Source of the DNA: a bacterium
GTDB lineage: Bacteria > Patescibacteriota > Dojkabacteria > JAKAPS01 > JAJZLI01
Assembly: GCA_021816845.1 (NCBI GenBank)
Contig: JAKAWT010000001.1
Coordinates: 134,087-198,086, forward strand
DNA length: 64,000 bases
Reading direction: 5' to 3'
The notes under the pieces: model-generated
What the model was told of the DNA's origin: nothing
Database searches by the model: none
The model's input: the letters and a program-made list of their open reading frames with translations, nothing else
Position numbers and translations under genes: made by a program
Shown here: one piece after another, positions 1 to 9,639 of the stretch
Position numbering within the stretch: position 1 is the first letter of the stretch
How the letters are laid out: every line of letters starts with the position of its first letter

Positions 1-129
1 TCCATTTGAAACTGGAACTGTAATATTTACCTTGGGATAGACATGTTTGACTTCAGTTTTATGCAAACCTACAAACAAGCCTATGCCCACTACTGCTATT
101 GCTACCACTAATACCAAGACCTTCCGCAC
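1..129 (-). CDS. Partial CDS: N-terminal part of a signal-anchored protein. The translated start is V-R-K-V-L-V-L-V-V-A-I-A-V-V-G-I-G-L-F, with a GTG start preceded by an AAAGGAGG Shine-Dalgarno. The gene runs off the window edge.
   Basis: Reverse-complement reading shows AAAGGAGG, then 7 nt, then GTG, followed by a hydrophobic segment. The stretch is less AT-rich than its surroundings. It is absent from the ORF track because it is truncated. Confidence 0.3.
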   Translation of the reverse strand, partial: MRKVLVLVVAIAVVGIGLFVGLHKTEVKHVYPKVNITVPVSNG

Positions 130-288
130 CACTAAACCTCCTTTGTGCTATTACAGACAAAAAAACCATGAGACGTTTGTGTACCTCTAGATTATTAAAG
201 AACACTGAACATTATATCATATAATAATGTACTTACAGCAAATATCGAGTTAGATAATTAAACAAGTATGAACGAAGGTTATAATTAT

Positions 289-696
289 TTAATGAAATTT
301 AGATCTAATTTTTACAAGGTAAAGCAATACTCCGATACCGACTAAACTTGATATAGTGAAAATATTATTAAATGATTTAGATATAAAAGATAAATAAATA
401 GAGTATAATACAGCAAGGAATATAGTTACCCAGTATAGTATATATCCATATCTTTTCATCCTCATCAATCCTATACCACAAACTATATTCATAATTCCAT
501 AGATAAGCGCTGCAAAACCAAGAGATATCAGTGACAGAGAAAATTGATGAAAACTAGAGAAGATAAATATAAGTCCAATAAATACTGGGAATACGCCACT
601 TAAAGTATACAGTACCGCTATTATAGATACTAAAATAGGTCTCTTTATATTAAAATTTGTATTTGTTAAATTATTATTGGAGAGTTCCTGTTTCAC
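289..696 (-). CDS. Integral membrane protein of unknown function with about 4 TM helices.
   Basis: Hydrophobic segments throughout. It lies downstream of the response regulator and histidine kinase on the same strand. Confidence 0.5.
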   Translation of the reverse strand: MKQELSNNNLTNTNFNIKRPILVSIIAVLYTLSGVFPVFIGLIFIFSSFHQFSLSLISLGFAALIYGIMNIVCGIGLMRMKRYGYILYWVTIFLAVLYSIYLSFISKSFNNIFTISSLVGIGVLLYLVKIRSKFH

Positions 697-729
697 AATA
701 TCTAGTTAAATAATGTAACGATTTTAAAC

Positions 730-1134
730 CTAACTTCCGACTACTTTACTACTATCAAAAAATGCTTCTACCTCATCAATAATTTGATTTGGTAACAAAT
801 TGGACTTTACAAAATAACCGTTAGCCCCAATATCAAAAGCATTCTTTATTATCTCATCATATCCAAGATTAGTAAGCATAAAAATTGGCAAATTTTTTGA
901 TTTATTTTCGGTAGATCTAATTTCTTTTAAAACATCAATCCCTGTTTTTTTTGGGAGCATAATATCAAGCATAATAAAATCAAAATCATCTGCTAATGCT
1001 TTTGATACAGCATCTTCTCCATCATAAGCATTAACCACAGCATACCCTCTCTTGGTAAAAAATTGGTTATATATATCTGACAGAAAAAGATCATCTTCAA
1101 CTATTAATACCTTTTTACTCTTCACTTCATCCAT
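730..1134 (-). CDS. Single-domain response regulator (CheY-like receiver with no output domain).
   Basis: VLIVEDD...D57-like LDIMLPKKTG...K motif pattern typical of REC domains. It is 134 aa and lies next to a histidine kinase. Confidence 0.8.
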   Translation of the reverse strand: MDEVKSKKVLIVEDDLFLSDIYNQFFTKRGYAVVNAYDGEDAVSKALADDFDFIMLDIMLPKKTGIDVLKEIRSTENKSKNLPIFMLTNLGYDEIIKNAFDIGANGYFVKSNLLPNQIIDEVEAFFDSSKVVGS

Positions 1135-1156
1135 AATACGATACTATAAAAAATTA

Positions 1157-2122
1157 TTAGCTACTTTTCAATGCATTATCTGGTAAAGAAAAATAGAAAG
1201 TTGAACCTTTTTTTTCTTTACTCTCCACCCACATTTTTCCTTTATGCATATTTATTATTTTATCTGCTATATACAGACCAAGTCCAGTACCCTTAACCTG
1301 TATCTCACTATTTTCTGCTCTAAAGAACTTTTTAAATATATTATTAATATTTTCTTTAGATATACCTATACCATTATCCTTTACACTAACAATAAAATTA
1401 TCATCTTCTTTCCTAACTTCTACAACAATTTTACCACCCTGTAATGTATAATTTATAGCATTATTTATTAAATTAGACAATACTTCCTCTATTTTTAATT
1501 TATCAGCTATTAAAGGTGCATTAGTAAGCTCAGTTTTTAGTGTAATTTGTTGTTTTTTTTGTGATACATATGAATAAAAATCGTCAATTATTTTTTTTGT
1601 CACATCTAATAGATCGAATTCTTGTTTGTCAATAGTTAAAGAACCTTCATCCATCAAAGATACACTTAAAAGGTTCTCTAAAAGGCTTAAAAGGTGCTGA
1701 GATTGAAGTTCAATTTTCTCTACATACTTTTTCACATCTTGAGATACACCTTTAGATATTTCTGGGTCATTTAGAAGTAGGTATGCATACCCTTTAATAA
1801 TTGACACTGGGGACCTAATTTCATGAGCCACAATTGATATAAATCCTATATTCTTATTAGTACCATCATCACCTAAATTAGATTTAACATCTTCAGATTT
1901 TATATTTAATACAAGATTTTCTATATCCTTAAATTTCTTATTTACATTATCTTGTATCTCATACAAAGCGAACAACACAAAAAATATTATTACAAGGAAT
2001 AATATCCAAAAGATTAGAAAAAAAGAGAAAAATGACGATATATAAAAATTCAAAACATAACCTAAAACAACAAAGATTAGGAAAAATCCAGCTATTTGAA
2101 ATATTTTTTTTATATCATCCAT
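1157..2122 (-). CDS. Membrane-bound sensor histidine kinase.
   Basis: N-terminal TM helices. H-box VAHEIRSPVSII, N-box NAINYT, G1 box DNGIGI and G2 box GTGLGLYI. Confidence 0.8.
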   Translation of the reverse strand: MDDIKKIFQIAGFFLIFVVLGYVLNFYISSFFSFFLIFWILFLVIIFFVLFALYEIQDNVNKKFKDIENLVLNIKSEDVKSNLGDDGTNKNIGFISIVAHEIRSPVSIIKGYAYLLLNDPEISKGVSQDVKKYVEKIELQSQHLLSLLENLLSVSLMDEGSLTIDKQEFDLLDVTKKIIDDFYSYVSQKKQQITLKTELTNAPLIADKLKIEEVLSNLINNAINYTLQGGKIVVEVRKEDDNFIVSVKDNGIGISKENINNIFKKFFRAENSEIQVKGTGLGLYIADKIINMHKGKMWVESKEKKGSTFYFSLPDNALKSS

Positions 2123-2249
2123 CTGTGTTACAGTATATCAGTATACATATATACCTGTATACTAGTGTACAAAAAAGGTCATCTTTATACAATCCTACCT
2201 AATCATTGGTGTTCCAATAGAAAATATTTTAAGTTATAATAGACTATAT

Positions 2250-2651
2250 ATGGATAAATATTCATTATTTACAGATGCAGGATCAAGGGGAAACCCAGGT
2301 AAAGCATCATATGGTATATGCTTATTTAAAAATGACAAGCTTCTTGATTTTGATGGTAGATATTTAGGTATCAAAACAAATAATCAAGGTGAGTTTACAG
2401 CTTTAAAAGAAGGTATTTTAATTGCAATAAAGCACAATATTAAAAATCTAGATTGTTTTTCAGATAGTGAACTTTTAATAAAGCAAATAAATCATGAATA
2501 TAAAGTTAAAGATCAATACTTAAAAGGAGTCATCAAAGAAATTTATGATTTATCAGAGAATTTTGATACAATTACATTTACTCATGTCAGACGTGAGTAT
2601 AATAAATTTGCCGATAAAATGGTTAATATAGTATTAGATGCAGCAGGATGA
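2250..2651 (+). CDS. rnhA: Ribonuclease HI.
   Basis: N-terminal FTDAGSRGNPGKASYG plus the E...D...H/D pattern of type 1 RNase H. It ends with a TGA stop that overlaps the next start (ATGA). Confidence 0.75.
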   Translation: MDKYSLFTDAGSRGNPGKASYGICLFKNDKLLDFDGRYLGIKTNNQGEFTALKEGILIAIKHNIKNLDCFSDSELLIKQINHEYKVKDQYLKGVIKEIYDLSENFDTITFTHVRREYNKFADKMVNIVLDAAG

Positions 2652-3343
2652 ACAAAAATAGTCAATACATTGAACTAGATACATATCTAAAAATTATAAA
2701 AAAAAGATTTAGAATAATAATTTTAGTACTTATAATTTTTATACTAGGAGGATACATATATTCTGTATTAACTCCCACCACCTATCAAAGTTCAATAAAT
2801 ATATATACTACTGATGCGTTGGATATGACTAACTATCTACAAACTAATCATGCATTAAATACTGCTTATACAATATTTAAAACACTCAACACTAAAAGAT
2901 ATTCTAATTTTCAATTAAGTTATTTCAGGAGAAATATAAGATCAGTGCAGGTTGGACAAAGTATAGTATCACTAACAATAACAAATACAAATAAAAATGT
3001 GGCAATAGATTTTACAAAGGCTTACCAAGAAATGATAAGCTCAAAAAAATTTGATAGTATAATAAATAATATACTTTTAAAGGATTATAAAAGTTGTTTA
3101 AAAGTCAGAAATGCTACCATTGCTACAAATTCAAAATATAAACTACAAGAAAATGTTCCAGTTTGTATTGAGACAAAACTTATTATAAATAAACCATCCT
3201 CTATAGTTACAGTATCAACTAAACCTTCTAAAACAAAAGATGTAATATTATTTTTGATCGCTGGAGTATTCATAGCTTTCTTTGTGGCTACATTACTTGA
3301 ATATACATCTTCAAATCCAGATTCTAATGATAAAAACAATTAA
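2648..3343 (+). CDS. Bitopic membrane protein with one TM at each end. It may be a Wzz-like polysaccharide chain-length determinant.
   Basis: N-terminal and C-terminal TM helices flank a roughly 170 aa extracytoplasmic domain. The topology resembles Wzz/GumC. The call is weak. Confidence 0.3.
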   Translation: MNKNSQYIELDTYLKIIKKRFRIIILVLIIFILGGYIYSVLTPTTYQSSINIYTTDALDMTNYLQTNHALNTAYTIFKTLNTKRYSNFQLSYFRRNIRSVQVGQSIVSLTITNTNKNVAIDFTKAYQEMISSKKFDSIINNILLKDYKSCLKVRNATIATNSKYKLQENVPVCIETKLIINKPSSIVTVSTKPSKTKDVILFLIAGVFIAFFVATLLEYTSSNPDSNDKNN

Positions 3344-4187
3344 TACTGATTATATAGATGATGCTTTATATACTATAAAAAAACTCCATGGAGATGTATA
3401 TATAAATATAATAGATGAGGACATTACACCAGAGAAAGAACTGAAAGAGGAACTTTCAAATATAGATATATTTGGATCTAGACGTTATTTTATAATTAGG
3501 AACCCAAAGACAATATTATCATTTGCCAAAGATATAGAGACTGAGGATTATATATATATACACACCAATAAGAAAGTCAAAGGTATTGATGAGATTTTAA
3601 TTAAGAAGCAAACTTTGGAAAATTTTATTAGAGAAGAATTTTCAAGATATGAAGTTTTGATAGATACAAATGTAATAAAATTTATTGTATCAAATGTTCA
3701 GGATAATAGATTATCATTAAAAAATGAAATAAGAAAATGTATCTTTTATATATACCCAGAAAAAAATATTAAAGATATATATCAAATTAAAGATATATTA
3801 GTTCCTGACACTGAAATCCTAATCTGGAATATACTAAATTACATAGTTGATAATTCAAAAAAAGATATAATACAGGAATACAAAAGACTTAAAGCACAAA
3901 ATACAGATAGTATATATATATTAACAATGGTTTTAAGACAAATTAAAATAATACTACTTGTATTATCAATGAAAGATAATTCACCAACAAAAATCATGGA
4001 GGAACTAAAAAAAAGTAAGATTAATACGAGTATATATGGAATTAATAGAATTAAGAGGAATATAGAAAAATATTCAGAAGATAAATTAACATTAATATAT
4101 CATAAAATGATAACTTTATATTCTTCTTCAAACGGCGGAAAAATAGACATTGATACAGGATTACTTTTACTACTTCTTTTCATGTAA
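3327..4187 (+). CDS. holA: Putative DNA polymerase III delta subunit (HolA-like).
   Basis: Size and sequence pattern resemble HolA N-terminal and clamp-loader domains. The ORF-track start at 3282 is TTG. The first ATG is at 3327 and overlaps the upstream stop by 17 nt. Confidence 0.35.
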   Translation: MIKTINTDYIDDALYTIKKLHGDVYINIIDEDITPEKELKEELSNIDIFGSRRYFIIRNPKTILSFAKDIETEDYIYIHTNKKVKGIDEILIKKQTLENFIREEFSRYEVLIDTNVIKFIVSNVQDNRLSLKNEIRKCIFYIYPEKNIKDIYQIKDILVPDTEILIWNILNYIVDNSKKDIIQEYKRLKAQNTDSIYILTMVLRQIKIILLVLSMKDNSPTKIMEELKKSKINTSIYGINRIKRNIEKYSEDKLTLIYHKMITLYSSSNGGKIDIDTGLLLLLLFM

Positions 4188-4217
4188 CAGTCACTTTAAA
4201 AGGTAATCTATTAATCT

Positions 4218-5333
4218 CTAATGTTTAGTTCTTCTTATTATCCTTCTTTTAAATCCATTAATCAGAAGTAGGTCATTATAATACCCATATGCAAGTCCCA
4301 TTAGAAGAATACCCATACCTAGAGCAAAAAGTATATATGTAGGCCAGTCCGTTCCAGTATTAGGTAATGATGTTGAAGTAGGATTTACAGTTAATACTAC
4401 TGTACATGGATTTTGGAGGGAATTACCCGCACTATCTGTTACTCCAGATAATGATATAGTGTACTGCACTGGAGAACTTCCTGATACAGATGATGGAACA
4501 GCCCAAGTAGCAGAGCTTCCTGAAGACGAGGGTGTTAAAGTTCCTCCTTGAGGAGAAATTTGCCATTGAGCATTAGAATAATCTATAGTTGCAGAAGAAT
4601 TTGAATCTGTTATACCTGATTGTATATCTGCAGGTACAGTACTACCTGCTTGGAAAGAAGTCGTGTTAGAACCATTTTGAGTTACCGTAAAGTTATTACA
4701 CGTGAGTGCAGGAGTTGTAGTTGAAGCAGTAGAACTAGCACACTGTGATGCATCTAGGTTATTACTTGTTATTGGTGCTGACTTCGTACCGCTAGAATTT
4801 TGTATCCATGCAGTAGCAGAATAAGTATCTTTATTATTACCTGACCATGTAAAAGTCCCTGATAAAGAACTTGTGGATTCTGGATTAAAAGTATATATCC
4901 CTTGTTTTGAAGTCGTTACATCAGAAATATAACCATTAACAGTATATGTAGAGGATGTTCCAGATGGAGCAACCCAAGTTGTCGTTAAGCCTGGAGAACC
5001 CATTGTACATGATAGTTTTAACGATGAAAGAGTCTGTATGATAGTAGATGATGATGTAGACGACGACGTAGACGATGATGTAGAGGTTGAAACAGATGTA
5101 GGAGGTGTCTGTGCATGAGCATTTGTTGTATTGTTACTCCCTATATGTGTCTTATTAAAATTGATAGCAATAAGTACTGTTAATCCAGCCAATATAAGAA
5201 GACCCGTGACAATTAGTATTCTAAAAGTATTCTTCCTTTTTCTTGCAAGTTTAGCAGACATTGAGTCGAGCTCTTCTATGTCCTGGTATACTACACTATT
5301 TTTTTTATCAGTCAAATTAGGTTTTTCTTCCAT
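4218..5333 (-). CDS. Ser/Thr-rich cell-surface protein with an N-terminal signal anchor and a C-terminal LPXTG-type sortase sorting signal. The signal is LPNTG, then a hydrophobic stretch, then a KRRIIRRTKH tail.
   Basis: TM near residues 37-58. A long S/T-rich stalk (STSSSTSSSTSSST). A terminal LPNTG followed by a hydrophobic helix and a basic tail. Confidence 0.6.
   Translation of the reverse strand: MEEKPNLTDKKNSVVYQDIEELDSMSAKLARKRKNTFRILIVTGLLILAGLTVLIAINFNKTHIGSNNTTNAHAQTPPTSVSTSTSSSTSSSTSSSTIIQTLSSLKLSCTMGSPGLTTTWVAPSGTSSTYTVNGYISDVTTSKQGIYTFNPESTSSLSGTFTWSGNNKDTYSATAWIQNSSGTKSAPITSNNLDASQCASSTASTTTPALTCNNFTVTQNGSNTTSFQAGSTVPADIQSGITDSNSSATIDYSNAQWQISPQGGTLTPSSSGSSATWAVPSSVSGSSPVQYTISLSGVTDSAGNSLQNPCTVVLTVNPTSTSLPNTGTDWPTYILFALGMGILLMGLAYGYYNDLLLINGFKRRIIRRTKH
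5047..5085 (-). repeat. Imperfect GAT/GAC/GTA codon-repeat tract that encodes the (S/T)n stalk STSSSTSSSTSSST of the LPXTG protein.
   Basis: Direct reading: gatgatgatgtagacgacgacgtagacgatgatgtagag. Confidence 0.5.
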
Positions 5334-5426
5334 AACATTATTTCTACTATATTTAAATATAGATTTTTAAATATATTTTGTCAACCTAGGCTTATACATA
5401 CAATTTTGTCAAATTTTTTGAGGTAT

Positions 5427-7094
5427 TTATATACCTTCTTCTTGCCATATCTCCAAATTATTACCTATAAGTTTTAGAAAGTTGACATTATACAAAGATA
5501 TATATTTTAAATTATATAGAATTTTGACAGCTGGATAATATGGATCACAACCTCCAAGATCTCTATAATCATATATACCATTATATCCTATTAAACTGCC
5601 ATTGATGACTAATTGTTTATAATTTCTCAAAGTAGTACTGTTAGCTCCTCCATATGAACCATTTGTCCCACCAACACATACAGGTTGTACAGGTGGTTCA
5701 CACCCTGGTGCAGAACCACCTGAGGTGCATAAAAGTCCACTCCAGGTAACAGTTGTGCTACCAGAACAATTAGCATATTTGGTAGACTTTACTGTAAAAG
5801 TTATTGGTGTATTAGGCACGGAACTAGGATCACCTTCTGATACATTAGTAGGAGAACCACTATATACTACAGAACTTGTAGACACAGAACCAGTATTAGA
5901 TGATATATCTAGCGTGTCACCATTAGGTGCAAGCACCCCATTAAGTTTTTCTGTAATACCCAAAGTAGTATCCCCACCTACTGTAGGATTTGAGGGACTA
6001 GCAGATACTATTATTGAACATGTACTGCTACTACCACCTCCTCCCCACTTTATAGTAATCTGACCAGAACAATTAGAATACCTCCCAGATGCCACTGTAA
6101 ATATAACAGTATTGGGGGACGACCCTGGATCATACTCTGTTGGATTAGATATCCCTAAGCTATTTGTTGTTGGATTTGTTTTGGTTGGAGTACCATCATT
6201 TGATGTTATCTTTAAAGTATCTCCACTTACATTAGACCCATTATATGTCTCGTGGATAGTGAAAATTGTATAGCTGCCTGACGCAGGATTTGTTGTGCTA
6301 GCAGATACTGTTATTGAACACCCCGTTGGTGATGTAGACGCATTTGTATATATTTTAACAATAAAATTATATGTAATCCCATTGGAGAATATAAGATTCC
6401 CTAGACTAATACTGTTGCTAGATAATCCTTGTCCATTTGTCTCTGTGATACTAACACTATTATAACTACTTGGTGGAGATATACTCAATGTAAAAGGTGA
6501 GAACCCACAATCTAGATAACCATTGGAAGACAAATAATAAACACCGTTACTATTAGTTGATCCAGAAGCTGAATAATATTTGGAAGGTGCAGCTCCAGGC
6601 CCATTTTGAACTCCAGGACGTGGATAAGTAGGATACTGGTAATTATTTTCTATACCCTGATTTATACTATAGTTTCCGTTAGCAAAATCCCAGCATCTAT
6701 ATCCAGATTCACAACCAGAGCCCTGAAACCAATAATTCCAATATGGCCCCCATCCACCATATGAAGTGGAATCTCCACCAAATCCACTGGGAGGGGTACT
6801 TCTTATAGTAATACCTACAGTATTATACTTACTTACTGTACCATTGGATGCGTAATCATATGCTGTAACATTTATTCCTACACTACCATCAGTTACAGGT
6901 ATATTACTGTTACAATTGTCTCCATTCGCAGGTACATTAGTACACTCCCAATAATTACTACTCTGACCTCCACTTCCTCCAACTATAGATGCATGTGCCG
7001 GTTTTGCAGATACAGAAGACAACACTAAAAATACAGTAAAAACCAATAAAATAATACTTAATAATCTTTTACTTATAACAAAAATATTCATCAT
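5427..7094 (-). CDS. Large secreted Gly/Ser/Thr/Asn-rich, Cys-containing protein with two tandem ~100 aa repeat domains.
   Basis: Signal peptide ending ...VSAKPAHAS. Internal repeat CSITVSAS...NCSGQITIKWGG / CSIIVSAS...NCSGSTTVTWSG. It overlaps the upstream gene by 4 nt. Confidence 0.6.
   Translation of the reverse strand: MMNIFVISKRLLSIILLVFTVFLVLSSVSAKPAHASIVGGSGGQSSNYWECTNVPANGDNCNSNIPVTDGSVGINVTAYDYASNGTVSKYNTVGITIRSTPPSGFGGDSTSYGGWGPYWNYWFQGSGCESGYRCWDFANGNYSINQGIENNYQYPTYPRPGVQNGPGAAPSKYYSASGSTNSNGVYYLSSNGYLDCGFSPFTLSISPPSSYNSVSITETNGQGLSSNSISLGNLIFSNGITYNFIVKIYTNASTSPTGCSITVSASTTNPASGSYTIFTIHETYNGSNVSGDTLKITSNDGTPTKTNPTTNSLGISNPTEYDPGSSPNTVIFTVASGRYSNCSGQITIKWGGGGSSSTCSIIVSASPSNPTVGGDTTLGITEKLNGVLAPNGDTLDISSNTGSVSTSSVVYSGSPTNVSEGDPSSVPNTPITFTVKSTKYANCSGSTTVTWSGLLCTSGGSAPGCEPPVQPVCVGGTNGSYGGANSTTLRNYKQLVINGSLIGYNGIYDYRDLGGCDPYYPAVKILYNLKYISLYNVNFLKLIGNNLEIWQEEGI
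5730..6320 (-). repeat. Two tandem ~100-codon intragenic repeats (protein residues about 259-455 of the secreted protein).
   Basis: The repeat units align residue by residue (CSIxVSAS..NP..G..T...I.E..NG...GDTL.I.SN.G......NCSG..T..W.G). Confidence 0.6.
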
Positions 7095-8026
7095 AATTGA
7101 TATACTACTATATTATCTTTCAATCTTAAAGAATTTATCATATCATTATAATTGCCATATGTTCCTTGGGATTTATTGGAAATATTAAAATAATAAATAC
7201 CTATAAACTTATTTCCCACATTTTTTATATAGCTATTATCATAATTATAAATAGTCGATATACTACCAAGCTTTTGGTTTATTATATTATTAAACATAGA
7301 AAGAGTGGGATACGTTGTTAATTTAGAATCATAATTGTTGAAGTTTAAATCTTGGTAATTTGTTATAAAACCAAGATAGGGTTTATTTGATATAAAACTA
7401 TTTATATTTTGTATATACATTGGATCCTTTATAATATTACTATGCCACATAGTTATTAAAGCCTTCGCATAATTTTTCCTACTACCGTATGGGATAGGAC
7501 CAGAAGATCCAATTGTATACCATGAATATATAGAACCTATTACTGTACCTGAAACATTTTTTTCAAGTATTTGTTCTATATTCTTCTTAACAAGATTCTG
7601 ATAAGTATAATCATATGTCTGAGTAGATAATTTAATTGGTACCCCAGAAACTGTATTGGGAACATCATTTGTAGCATAAATCTCCAATTTTGTAGGAAGA
7701 TCATTATGTGATTTCAGGTATTGATACTCAACTTCATAGTTTATAAAATTATTTAATTGATTTTGGTAATTTGTTTTGCAACTATTTACATACGTACCAT
7801 ATCTATCACAGTTATATGATATCAGTTCCGATCTAGTCAATATTTTTCCATTAATTGTAGCTACAGTAGGATTAGAGCTTAGAAGGTTGCCTATAGAATT
7901 GATTTGAGGAATAATAAAGATTAACAATATAATGACAAGAAGTAATACCGAAAACATAAAAAAATACGCTTTTTTACGATCACTAAAAAAACCATTAATA
8001 TTTTGCTTATCTATCATATGTACCAT
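7091..8026 (-). CDS. N-terminally membrane-anchored extracytoplasmic protein of unknown function. It is Asn/Tyr-rich.
   Basis: A single N-terminal TM helix. It is co-oriented and overlapping with the downstream secreted-protein gene. Confidence 0.5.
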   Translation of the reverse strand: MVHMIDKQNINGFFSDRKKAYFFMFSVLLLVIILLIFIIPQINSIGNLLSSNPTVATINGKILTRSELISYNCDRYGTYVNSCKTNYQNQLNNFINYEVEYQYLKSHNDLPTKLEIYATNDVPNTVSGVPIKLSTQTYDYTYQNLVKKNIEQILEKNVSGTVIGSIYSWYTIGSSGPIPYGSRKNYAKALITMWHSNIIKDPMYIQNINSFISNKPYLGFITNYQDLNFNNYDSKLTTYPTLSMFNNIINQKLGSISTIYNYDNSYIKNVGNKFIGIYYFNISNKSQGTYGNYNDMINSLRLKDNIVVYQL

Positions 8027-8146
8027 ATTAATATGTCTTCATTTTTTTTTCAACATAAAAATAACATCTATAGTTTTCCTAATAAAAGATTATTAATATT
8101 AGATATAATGGCCTATTAAATTTATCACTATATTTTTTATTATTGA

Positions 8147-9199
8147 TTAAAGATATTTTTGAATATTGTTAATTTGTCCTTGGGATGTTACTGAATAATG
8201 AAGATGACCATTTTTACCAGATAAAAAATACCAATATGGGTTTGGTGTAGATTTAAATGTAGATTTTATGGAAATTAACCCAGGAGAACAAATTGGTGTT
8301 GGAGGAAGACCAGCATTTAATCTTGTATTATATGGGGAATTTATAGCAAGATCTGCAGCTGTTATATTAGTTCTCCACCACTTTTGTTCATTACTATCAA
8401 ACCCCAATAAATATTGTACAGTAGCATCAGAACCTAATGGAATTCCAGCATCATATCTACGTATAAATATATTCGCAACTAATGGTTTATCACTGTTATA
8501 AAGTGTTTCTCTCCTTACAATTGATGCAACTGTGATATTCTGATAAAAATTGAGATTATTTGTACTTGTAATTTGGAATTTTGTATAAGGTATATATATA
8601 TTTTGCTCAAATGCACCAAGCTCCTTATTAATAATATACTTTGCATCAGCATTCTTTGGTATTTCATATGTACCTGGGTATAAAAAACCTTCTACAGAGT
8701 TACCCGGAATCTGACTCAAGAATAGATATCCAAATGAGTGTGCATCATTATGTGCAATATATCTAAAATCTGTTACGGAGAAATTATATGAAGGATTATC
8801 CAAAGAAAGTTCATTGCGTATAACATTGGCAACCTCACCTATTCTTAGACCTGATGGTATAGTAATAGATGTATAGAAAGGACCTTTATTAAAATTATTA
8901 AGTAGTGTTTTTAAATCCTCACCATTATATATCCTATATAATCCTGGAGAGAAGGTAAAAAATGGATTTGAAGTATCAATATATATTTTAGTTGCAATAA
9001 TAGATTTTATGGATCCATTAATCTTTAAAGAGTTTAATACTTGATCTTGAGATTCATTTTGTTTAACTTGGAATCTAATGTATGAACCATTACTGTCTAC
9101 ATTACTTCTAAACCCAATATCAGAAGTATACAGAGTATATAAAAATATAATTATACCTAAAAATACTACTATTCCAATTATAGTAAATTTTCTATTCAT
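8147..9199 (-). CDS. mltG: Endolytic murein transglycosylase MltG (YceG family).
   Basis: N-terminal TM. C-terminal YceG motifs SPYNTRLNAGLPPTPICSPG...NPYWYF. It sits in the conserved alaS-ruvX-mltG neighbourhood. Confidence 0.75.
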   Translation of the reverse strand: MNRKFTIIGIVVFLGIIIFLYTLYTSDIGFRSNVDSNGSYIRFQVKQNESQDQVLNSLKINGSIKSIIATKIYIDTSNPFFTFSPGLYRIYNGEDLKTLLNNFNKGPFYTSITIPSGLRIGEVANVIRNELSLDNPSYNFSVTDFRYIAHNDAHSFGYLFLSQIPGNSVEGFLYPGTYEIPKNADAKYIINKELGAFEQNIYIPYTKFQITSTNNLNFYQNITVASIVRRETLYNSDKPLVANIFIRRYDAGIPLGSDATVQYLLGFDSNEQKWWRTNITAADLAINSPYNTRLNAGLPPTPICSPGLISIKSTFKSTPNPYWYFLSGKNGHLHYSVTSQGQINNIQKYL

Positions 9200-9203
9200 A
9201 AAG

Positions 9204-9635
9204 TTATGAATCTATAACATTAGAACCTTGACTCCTAGAGTCCTGACTCCTAGAATCTAAATATTCTTGGAGTATCAATTGTGCTGCTATATCATCTACC
9301 CTGTCTCTTCTACCTCTACCAGTTTTTTTTAAAATTAACCCTGCATCATATGTTGTGAGAGTCTCATTCCAGTATATAACTTCTATATCTCTCATATCTA
9401 AAGTTTTTATAAAATTCTTTACTTTATCTGAAGATACGCCCTCATTTCCATCATCATCAAGTGGCAACCCAACAACAATTCTACTTATTTTATATGATAT
9501 TACAATATTATTAAAATTATCTATAAAGGATTTATCATTTTTGAAAATCTTATACCTAGATGCAATGATAGCATTATCATCAGATATTGCTATACCTATC
9601 CTCTTTTCTCCATAATCTATTCCTAAGGTTCTCAT
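9204..9635 (-). CDS. ruvX: Putative pre-16S rRNA nuclease / Holliday-junction resolvase-like protein RuvX (YqgF).
   Basis: N-terminal LGIDYGEKRIGIAISD, the YqgF signature. Confidence 0.8.
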   Translation of the reverse strand: MRTLGIDYGEKRIGIAISDDNAIIASRYKIFKNDKSFIDNFNNIVISYKISRIVVGLPLDDDGNEGVSSDKVKNFIKTLDMRDIEVIYWNETLTTYDAGLILKKTGRGRRDRVDDIAAQLILQEYLDSRSQDSRSQGSNVIDS

Positions 9636-9639
9636 ACTA

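Noticed and set aside
1244-1444. 66-aa plus-strand ORF inside the histidine-kinase gene.
   Set aside because: It is antisense to a well-supported histidine kinase CDS. It is a low-complexity Ile/Tyr/Asn-rich translation typical of AT-rich non-coding frames.
3085-3339. 84-aa minus-strand ORF.
   Set aside because: It lies entirely within the plus-strand membrane-protein gene and has no motifs.
5725-6063. 112-aa plus-strand ORF.
   Set aside because: It is antisense to the secreted repeat-protein gene. Its frame arises from the G/S/T-rich codons of the opposite strand.
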